Below are positions 54,101 through 64,000 of a stretch of DNA of 64,000 bases, in pieces. Numbering within the stretch: position 1 is the first letter of the stretch; the number at the start of each line of letters is the position of its first letter. A program made the position numbers and the translations under genes. The notes under the pieces were generated by a model. It worked only from the letters and a program-made list of their open reading frames with translations, had not been told where the DNA came from and made no database searches. This DNA is from Octopus vulgaris (lineage: Eukaryota): the NCBI GenBank assembly GCA_951406725.2, contig OX597815.1:169818001-169882000 (forward strand), given 5' to 3'.

Positions 54101-55869
54101 AATAATCCTTTTTACTCTAGGCACAAGGACTGGAATTTTGGGTGAGGGTTAAATCGATTATATCGACTTCAGTGTTCAACTGGTGCACGTTTTATCAACC
54201 CCAGTTGCTAACAGTTCTACCATCCCGACAAATAATAGTAATAATAAAAAATAATACCTGAATGGATTTCAACTTGACCCTACGGGCGCAAGTTAACAGT
54301 GAAGGACGTTTAAGGAAAACCGATTCTAACACATGAAGTAGGCGATGTGATGAATGACAGTTGACTTCAAACTGCTCTGTGAACAGCTTCTGATGTCAGG
54401 TGACATTAAAAATTTCTCGCCCGTAAAGCGAAATTCGTTTCTCCCCCCTACCCTCTGAATAGTACAACTGGTATATGCTTGGTTGCACGAAGATGAAATC
54501 ATCTGGTGTGGCTTTGTATTCTTTTTTTTTCTGGGTTTCTAATATATATATATATATATACACGCTCACACATATACATGCACGACTACATGTACATTTA
54601 AACATCATCACCGTTATCCTCATCCGCCTCCTCATTTTCCTCCTCCTTCCCTCTCCTTACTTTCTTCTTCCTTCCCCTCCCCACTTTCCTCCTGCTTCCC
54701 CCTCCTCACATTCCTCCTTCTTCCCCCTCCTCACTTTCTCCCGCCTCACTTTCCTCCTCTTCCCCCTCTCACTTTCCTCCTCCTTCCCCTCCTCACTTTC
54801 CTCCTTCTTTCTCCCGCCTCACTTTCCTCCTCTTCCCCATCCTCCTCCCATTCTTCTTCTTCTTCCTCCTTCTTCCTCCTAGTTCTCTTCTTCCTCCTAG
54901 TTCTCTTCTTCCTCTTCCTCGTCGTCGTCGTCGTCATTACATCATTGCTGCCGCCGTCGTCATCCACGTCATCCTTGTCTTCGTAGTCGGAGTCGGCAAT
55001 GACCATTATAACGGCCATTATCTTTTATATAGCCATGATATCATCATCACCACCATCAGCATCAGCAGCAGCAGCAGCAGCACCACCACCACCACCACCA
55101 AACCCCACCAAACCCATCGTCGTCGTCGTCGTCGTTGTCATCCTCCTCTTTTTCCTATCCTCTCTAGCTTATAATCATCCTCACGAACTTAACCACCGCC
55201 ATCGCCATTACAACGATGTCGATGGAAAACAATGACGACAACAATCACCCACTTAAACGTACATGATCTGTTACAACAAACTATACTTCTATAGATACCC
55301 CGAGAGCCACTCTCATATTGGCTTTTGCTACAAAATGCACTCTTGTTTACATCGCGTTTAAGTGACGGGAGGGGAAGGGTAAATATTTAAATTTTACATC
55401 AACACCACCAGCGTCAATTGCAGTTCAATCCAAGACTACAAGTTATGGATACACATCCTGGAAAGAAAAATATTTTAAGAAGTAAAAGAGGACGACGAAG
55501 ACAAAACTTGCAATACCATTAAAAGCAAATTTAAAACTAAATCATCCGTAGAGATGAGAACAGAAAGTATCCCTGGAAGTTATATGATTTATGTAACGCG
55601 GTTTAACGCGGTTTAACAACCTCTACATGGACGAGGAATAAAACCAATTTACATTATGCGCACAACTGCGTGCACACGCATGCATGCGCATGCGCATGTG
55701 CACACTAACATGCGCATCCAAGCGCACGCATGCTTATATGCACTATGCACGTACGTACTACACGCAAGCACGCAAGAGCACATGCATTCGCATTTGAGTG
55801 TATGTGTACACGCATGTACATGTGCGTGTGTGTATGTGTTTGTGTGTGCATATATATATATGGTATATG

Positions 55870-55930
<61 letters not shown>

Positions 55931-55977
55931 GTATGTATATATATATACATTTATATACATATATATATATCATATAT

Positions 55978-56011
<34 letters not shown>

Positions 56012-56035
56012 ACACTATATATATATATACACACC

Positions 56036-56083
<48 letters not shown>

Positions 56084-56483
56084 CACACACACATATATAT
56101 GTATATATATACGTATATATACAAACACACATACCCACGAACAAGGAGAATCAAACTGAAATCTGCACATATGCACACGCATACACACGCTCACAAACAC
56201 ATTCATATAGGCGTACATGCACACTTACACACACGGACACGCGCTTGGCACACACACGTCCACACACATATACACACCCACACTCACACACAAGCATAAC
56301 TATTTGCTGACTCAGTCACATTATATATATATAACATAGAAAAATCACATATGTATGAATACGTAATCAGGTGCATGCAATTAAACACGTATCGATATTT
56401 ACTTATTATTTACGTATCAGCAAAAATATTTATATTTCCTGTAGGCACATGTACGAACATGCTCAAAGAGCCGTTATGACAAG

Positions 56484-56528
<45 letters not shown>

Positions 56529-56546
56529 GCGCAAAATGAGTATGTG

Positions 56547-56579
<33 letters not shown>

Positions 56580-56737
56580 GTATATTTATGTATATATATA
56601 TACATACACATATACATACATAAATACATACGCCTATACATATATAAATACACACACATCTATATATCCATATTTATGTATACACGTGTGTATACGTATA
56701 TATATGCATACATACATATACATGCATACATACACAC

Positions 56738-56777
<40 letters not shown>

Positions 56778-56797
56778 TATGCATACATATATATATA

Positions 56798-56847
<50 letters not shown>

Positions 56848-57574
56848 CAAACATATATATGCATACATATACATATATATATATATATATATGCATATAT
56901 ATATATATGTATATGTGTGTGTGTGTATGTATGTATGTATACACGCACATACACAGACTGATAGAAATAGCCAAACAAAAGCAAGTGACAGATAACATTT
57001 TATGCATTCATATACACACACGATCCCTGACAGATATTCAATATATATAGCAACATGCTTATTATTCAAACAGACGATCAACAATCTACACACACACACA
57101 CACACATACATACACATGAAAACCTGCGCTCATACACACATGCTCATATGGGTATACACACACACACACCTCACATACTCATATTTGCATGGCGTATATG
57201 AATCTGTGCAATGTTATTGTTTGTTCATATAGTAATTTTCCATAAGAAGAATCTGTCGAAGTGCTTTTTAGCTCTCACATAATTTACGTTTGCTCTAGGT
57301 CCAAAAAGGAACTGTTGAGAACTAAGCTGTCTTATGTGTGATGTAAGCGGCCGTCTAAACTCGACAGCGCTAAGGATACACGCTGTTTCGCTTATTCGCT
57401 ATAAAGAGACTATAATATAACGATTTGATGTGTGGAGGGTGTGGAAAATCTGGAGTGTAGGGAGTGGAACAAACCTTGGGAACTAGACTTAGTCGAACCA
57501 TATGGTCGTACTTTGCGGCTATAGTTACTTATATATTCTGAAGAGGTTCAACAACCTTCAGAACAGCGAGGTAA

Positions 57575-57705
57575 CAACGGCGGTAGCAGAGATTTACTAC
57601 CACTGCGACGACTCTGTTGAATAACTGAACGCGCTATGATGGTGTGTCGGTGGCGATGATGAAACGAAGGCTGATGTGTGCTATTGCTCGTGTCTGTATG
57701 CGCGT
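57575..57705. repeat. ~130-bp segment duplicated at 59313-59440
   Basis: caacggcggtagcaga..gaataactgaac..gaaacgaaggctgatgtgtgctattg, each copy followed by (GT)n. Confidence 0.85.
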
Positions 57706-57900
57706 GTGTGTGTGTGTGTTTGTACATGTTTGTGCATGTGCATGTATGTGATGTGAGTGGTGTGTGCAAATTGTGGAGTAGATGCAGTTGCGGTAACAGT
57801 GAAAACGTTGAAGCGTTGATCGTTGTAGATAAAGAACAGTTTTACTAGAATATTTAAATAGTGATAGTGGCTTTGGTAGTTCGGATTCCGGTACATGTAG

Positions 57901-57958
<58 letters not shown>

Positions 57959-58879
57959 AACGATGATGATGATGGGAATGATGATGCAGAATATGGTTAT
58001 AGTGAAATTACTTTCTCTGCCTCTCCTTCCGTCTCTTTCTCTCTCTATCTCTTCCCCGCTACCGTCTCTTTCTTTGTGTTGAGAGTCATGAACTTGGTTA
58101 TGATAATTATATTGTGGCTATTTAGTTGTGATGATAGTAATGGAGTTGGGTCTAGGAGTGTTAGGGAGTGGGCAAATGGAGTTAATCTATCAATCTGCGA
58201 CTGAAAAGAATAAAAAAAAATCAATGGCAAAGAAATAAAGACGATGATTGCAGGAACATAAAACGCATACACTCACTCTCAGAACAGAATCACACACGCT
58301 CAGACACATATATGTAGCTTGGTGGTTAGGGTCTTGGCTTATGGTTGTAAATTCGTGGGTTTGATTCTCAGGCTAAGCGGCCTGTTTTATCGTTCAATAA
58401 GGTACATCATTTTTCGTTCTTCTCAGACGAAAGGGATAATTAGTTGTAGCTAGGAGTTAAGCTTGCAATAGATTGAAATAAGAAGTTTTTAGGTTCCATA
58501 TAATTGCGAGAAGATATACACCCCTTCAGACTAGGGGACCATATATACACATGTTATCCAGATTAACATAACCTCTTGGTTCTTGTGTTTCTGTTTTCAC
58601 TTTGCTCCAAGCATCGGAATAAGATATCTATTTGAAGGAAAACAAGGTCTCTTTGCTTATGTATACTCTATTTTCTACAGTGATCCATATGGTAACTGAA
58701 ATAGATCATACAAGGAAGAGTATTCCTGCAGCGGCTCGCTGCGAAGAGGTGAATAAACGCATCGAGAAATTTCTTCTTTGGCTGGCACATAGTTTTGTAG
58801 TCTGTCCTTATTTTGTGCTTGATTAATGACAGTCTCTAACGATTACTAGATTTCGAAATACCTACTTGAAGTCATTGAA

Positions 58880-59200
58880 GGTGTGTGGTTCATTGGTTAA
58901 GGTGTTCGGCTCATGATCATAAGGTCATGAGTTCGATTCCTGGCGGCACGTTGTGTCCTTGAGCAAGAAACCTTATTTCTCGTTGCTTCAGTCCACCCAG
59001 CTGGCGAAAACGAGTAGTACCTATAATTCAAAGGGTCAAGCTTGTCACATTCTGTGTCACGCTGAATCACCTTGTGCAACGACGTTAAAGGTACGCGTAT
59101 ATGTGGAGTGGTCAGTCACTTGCACGTTCATTTCACGAGCAGACTGTTTCTTTGATTGAATCGACTGAAACACTCCAATGTCGTTATCAACAGAATCCTA
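58880..59200 (+). mobile_element. SINE family C
   Basis: tRNA-like head tggttaaggtgttcggc..gagttcgattcc. Confidence 0.8.
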
Positions 59201-59440
59201 GCAGACTCGAAGACATTGACATCCAGCTATGCTGCTTACGAGTATCAACACAGTGTAGTTAACTACTCATCCGAAGTACTTTGTTTTACTATGTTCGGCA
59301 AACTTGTCATTTCAACGGCGGTAGCAGAAATTTACTACCACTGCGACGAATCTGTTGAATAACTGAACACGCTATAATGGTGTGTCGGAGGCGATGAAAC
59401 GAAGGCTGATGTGTGCTATTGAACGTGTCTGTATGTGTGT

Positions 59441-59497
<57 letters not shown>

Positions 59498-59624
59498 TGT
59501 ATGCCATGCTACCTCCACACAAACTTCATTAGTACAGGAGCCAAATAAAGTTGGTAATAGAGAATACTTCAGTATCATTTCGGTAGTTGGCTTACGTGAT
59601 ACTATATAATCAATTCCAGTAATT

Positions 59625-59965
59625 AGGGTAAAGAACCCCTTCGCTCACGAATGATTATGGGATTGCACCTAGAAAGTTACCCTCCAAAGCACGAGTCAGG
59701 GAAAAGTTGTTTATGGAAAACTAGCAGTCACCCATGCATATCAGCCTCTCCTCTCCATGCCACCGATGTTATCCAAGGGAAATGCAATTGCCGATACAGC
59801 TTGGCACCAATGACATCGCAACCCATTTCTACAGCTGAGTGGACCGGAGCAGCGTGAAATAAAGTGTCTTGCTCAAGAGAGCAACACGCAGCCCGGTCCA
59901 GGAATCGAACTCACCACCTCATGGTTGTGATTCCGACGCTATTACCACTGAGCCATGCACCTCGG
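59625..59965 (-). mobile_element. SINE family C variant
   Basis: Minus-strand head gcatggctcagtggtaatagcgtcgg..gagttcgattcctggaccggg. Confidence 0.8.
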
Positions 59966-60011
59966 CCAGTAATTAAGAACAGAAAAAGTACAGTGAGATC
60001 TCGGATAGACT

Positions 60012-60205
60012 ATGCTTAGCGATATTTCGTCTGTCGTTACGTTCTAAGTTCAAATTCCGCCGATGTCGACTTTGCCTTTCGTCCTTTCGGGGTCGATAAA
60101 TAAAGTACCAGTTTCGCACTGGGGTCGATGTAATCGACTTAATCCCTTTGTCTGTCCTTGTTCGTCCCCTCTATGTTTAGCCCCATGTGGGCAATAAAGA
60201 GAAAT
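60012..60205 (+). mobile_element. SINE family A, 5'-truncated
   Basis: Family A core and tail. Confidence 0.85.
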
Positions 60206-61294
60206 AAAAATTCAAAAGATTGTTCAAGATGAGTTCAAGAAAATTACCCAGAAAATTATGCCAACAAGTACAGAACCTAAAATACGATTTTAGCATCGCA
60301 TTGTTTTTCTCACATGCTGCACTAATTTACATAAGTACAATGCATGAAATATTTTTCTAATCAATAACATTTACCTTTTTCGATTACGTTGCTTGGGGGT
60401 GTACAACCTGCTTCGTTTTGCTGTCAGGAGATAGAAAAAATAAGAAAAAACACATAGATTTCTAATGTTTCTAACTCTTGAAAACGTAGCGTACACTTAA
60501 TCAAAGGAAATAGAATGTAATTTCAAATGTCCTTGTTTAGAAAGTGTAAGACATGACATATGACTTTCTCTTTCAAAAGGTATGTCCCTCTGTGAAATAT
60601 CAGTTACTTTGGTGCAACACTTGTGATCTATATAATTTGGAGCATGAATAGGTGCAAAGACAGAAAGTGAGAGAAAGAGAAGAGGGGACAGGGACAGAGA
60701 GAGAGAGAGAGAGAGAGAGGAAGGAAGAAATAAAGAGGCAGCGTTGATCTGTATGTGTGAGTACGCGTGTGTCAAACAGTAAAAACTAAACAGATAAAAG
60801 ATAGAGCAAAGATTACAGAGAGCAATTTTATCAGAAATCTTTATTCTTTTTTTTTAGTAATTGAAAGCAGTAGGCCGTTCAATCGTTACAGTATTGGATT
60901 TTTTTTTTCGTTTTTTTTTTTTTTTCCTAGTTGATCTTACTGTTGTTATACCTAACACATAGCTTGAATATAATGTAGAACATACGGCAGTCTCTGGCTA
61001 ATGAATCAACGAATGCTCATTCTAAATGACAACAACTTTGAAATACACATTACTTCCCATATATATTAATTCAAATCAGAGGAGGCCAGGAAAAAGAAAA
61101 AAATTAAAGGAATACAAGAATATTAAAGCAAAAGTATTGCAATTACTTTTGATGTAAGAATTAGTTTTGTCACCGATTTTGTATATTGAGTTACCTTCTG
61201 CTTCTGCCGCTGTTGCTGCTGTGACTGCTGCTGTTATTGCTGTTGCTACACTTTAATAGGAATGAGTAACAAGGGTCTTGCTGAAGAAAGTAAA

Positions 61295-61445
61295 GACGTC
61301 TGGCCTAGTGGTTAGGGCGTTACATTCACGATCGCAAGATCGCGGTTTCGATTCCCAGATAGGTTGCGAGATGTGTTTTTGAGCAAAACACTTCATGCTG
61401 AAATTGCTCCAGTCCACTCAGCCGTAAAATGGGTGGCCCTGCAAC
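61295..61445 (+). mobile_element. SINE family C head
   Basis: tggcctagtggttagggcg..gtttcgattccc. Confidence 0.75.
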
Positions 61446-61700
61446 AGATTGGAGTACAGTGGCAAGATAATAACTCAAGAAAATCACCTGAACGGAGGTC
61501 TCGTGAGCCACGATTTGTATTCAGCAATCGAAAGGATAACTCGTACAACTCGTACAATGAATTCTGACTGGTTGCTTTTTTTTTCAACCAAGTCGAAAAA
61601 TGAAGATGAAAGAAAGAACACAACAACAACCACACATTTCTATATTTAAGAGATGAGGAATTCTGTACATTATTTACATTATTTACATTCGATGGAACCC

Positions 61701-61765
<65 letters not shown>

Positions 61766-61782
61766 TACTACTACTACTACTG

Positions 61783-61833
<51 letters not shown>

Positions 61834-61962
61834 ATAATAATAATAATAATAATAACAATAATAATAATAACAATAATAATAATAATAATAATAATAATAA
61901 TTATAATAATAATAAAAAATACTACTACTACTACTACTACTACTACTAATAATAATAATAAC

Positions 61963-62011
<49 letters not shown>

Positions 62012-62024
62012 TAATAATATAATA

Positions 62025-62068
<44 letters not shown>
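61701..62068. repeat. (AAT)n/(ACT)n compound microsatellite
   Basis: Read directly from the sequence. Confidence 0.95.
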
Positions 62069-62079
<11 letters not shown>

Positions 62080-62081
62080 AA

Positions 62082-63032
62082 GCGCACGAGCAATTGGCTG
62101 ATAGGTGGGAGGAGAAACCTCTGCACGGCAAATATGTGACCCGCAGCAAACAAGCTGATGTTGACCAGAAGCAAACCCATCAGTGGCTACGGAGCTCAGG
62201 GCTAAAAGCAGAGAGCGAAGGTTTCATCCTGGCTGCTCAAGACCAAAGCCTATTAACCCGGAACTACCAGGCCAATGTGATGAAAAATGGAGCAGACCCA
62301 AAATGCCGATTCTGCAACGACATGATTGAAACAGTGGACCACCTAATCTCTGGATGTAAAGTCTTAGCACCAGTGGAGTATAAATTAAGACATGACAGAG
62401 TTGGCCAATATCTCCACTGGCTAATAAGTCGGCATTACAATATCAAAACTGCCGACAAGTGGTATAATCACCACCCTGAGGCTGTAACTGAAGGAGAAAA
62501 TGTAACGATTCTGTGGGACTTTCCAGTACATACAGACCGAACCATCAAGGCCAATAAACCAGATATTGTTGTGAAAGACCAAAACAATAAAGTTTGCTTA
62601 TTGATCGACATGAGCATCCCCTGTGATCATAATATCTCAGCGAAAGACCAGAAAATATAAAGACCTACTCATTGAAATTGAGAAAATGTGGCATCTCAAG
62701 GTGGTTACAATACCAGTGATCGTAGGAGCACTAGGAATGATCAAGAAGGGAACCGAAAATTATATAAGAATGATCCCTGGCTTACCATCCCTGCAAGAAG
62801 TGCAAAAGATTGTCTTAACTGGTACATCACACGTATTGAGAAGAGCATTGTCGATGTGAGAACTGTTGCTGCTCATGTATTTTAATTTAACTTAAAAAAA
62901 AAAAAAAAAATGAACGAACTACTGAATTTGGTTTAATGGCCTACCATTGTATACTATGAGTTTCTTTGCCCTAGGAGTCGGGAAGACACTCGGCAAGAAA
63001 TGGAAGCAAATTTGAAAGAAGAAAAAAAAAAG
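62082..63032 (+). mobile_element. 5'-truncated Dong/R4-like non-LTR retrotransposon (CCHC knuckle plus RLE endonuclease) inserted in (AAT)n
   Basis: CRFCNDMIETVDHLISGC..RHD..ILWDFPVHTDRTIKANKPDIVVKD..LIDMSIP; frameshift at ~62645; KYKDL..PVIVGALG..stop at 62859; A-tail, then (TAA)n. Confidence 0.9.
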
Positions 63033-63090
63033 TAATAATAATAATAATAATATTAAATATCGAAAAATACCTTAGGAATGAGAACCCAAG

Positions 63091-63134
63091 ACACCTGAAG
63101 AAGGCTGGAGGATATATCAGCCGAAACGTTGTGT
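63091..63134 (+). ncRNA. Minimal type I hammerhead (PLE-type)
   Basis: ACAC / CTGAAGA / A-GGCTG-GAGGATATAT-CAGCC / GAAAC-GTT / GTGT. Stems I and II are perfect. Confidence 0.75.
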
Positions 63135-63659
63135 TAACAACAAACAAGATGAGGACAAATATATGTCGAATGTAAATAATGTAAATAATGTAAATAATGA
63201 ACACCAACCATATTTCTCTTTTGGCCTTTTATACCGTTTTACAATGTAGTTTGATACATCCGTCGAAACGTACGAATGGTGAGACTCTACGCGGTCTCGC
63301 TACAAGCTAGACATAGCGGAGAATACACCATTCAAATAATGCATGTCCCCTATCGTCTGAAAAATGTAAGGAAACCCTATATAATGTTGTCTAAGATGGA
63401 ATGGTCGCAGCTAGAATGTCTTTGAACATAAGCCTTCTCGATCAAAAGCAACCTGAAGCTAAACAACCTCCACAACCACCACCGCTGACGCTACTAAAAC
63501 GACGCCACCAAGCCACCACGCCACTATACCACTACGCCACCACACCACTACGTCACGATGCAGCAACACCGCCGCCGCTGAAGTCGGCGACAGTGACGGC
63601 AATGACGGCGGCAAAACCTGATGTTAAACTATGATCTCAATTTCCTGATTGTTCTCGTC

Positions 63660-63888
63660 TTATATAGTCGTTTCGATCCTGGCACAAAACCAGCAGCTTT
63701 TCGAGGAGGAGAATAGTCGATTATACCGACCCCTATATACCCAACTGGTACTATATTTACATCGATCACCAAAGAGATGAAAGGTAAAGCTGATTCCAGC
63801 AGAATTTAAACTCGGAACGCAATGAGTCGGTAGAAAAGTCGCTAAGCATTTTGTCCGACGTTGTAACAACTCTGCCAGCTTGCCGCCC
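63660..63888 (-). mobile_element. SINE family A, diverged
   Basis: Minus-strand head ggcggcaagctggcagagttg. Confidence 0.75.
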
Positions 63889-64000
63889 TGTTGTCATAGT
63901 GTAATGTAGTAATGTATGATCATACAGTTTGGAAGCTCAAAGGTACTTTATAGTCCTCCGCTAAAATTAACGAGCTTAATACCTTCAGGAACAGTCAGTT

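Noticed and set aside
55655-55800. Short palindromes in a (GC/AT/GT) alternating tract
   Set aside because: Expected from degenerate purine-pyrimidine microsatellite; no specific structure.

Overview
AT-rich, repeat-dense eukaryotic DNA, most likely intronic or intergenic. The tRNA-headed SINE families and the microsatellite load suggest an octopus/cephalopod genome (inference). I found no intact host protein-coding gene; almost all track ORFs are microsatellite translations. The window contains dozens of SINE copies, decayed mariner/maT/hAT DNA transposons, LINE remnants (Dong/R4-like, HERO/NeSL-like, Jockey/CR1-like), Penelope-like element (PLE) fragments (RT and GIY-YIG) and a decayed 18S rRNA piece. 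The main signal is a set of self-cleaving-ribozyme-like motifs. (1) A non-coding element with an exact 360-bp unit and a type I hammerhead (retrozyme-like) occurs three times: tandem at 2805-3285, fold-back palindrome at 8005-8310, divergent copy at about 29017-29345. (2) About ten more hammerhead motifs lie in PLE-type termini, including cores whose 3-8 pair is C-G, U-A or G-C. (3) One possible HDV-like fold is at 38640-38732. All structures were read by eye and need Infernal searches and in vitro cleavage tests.
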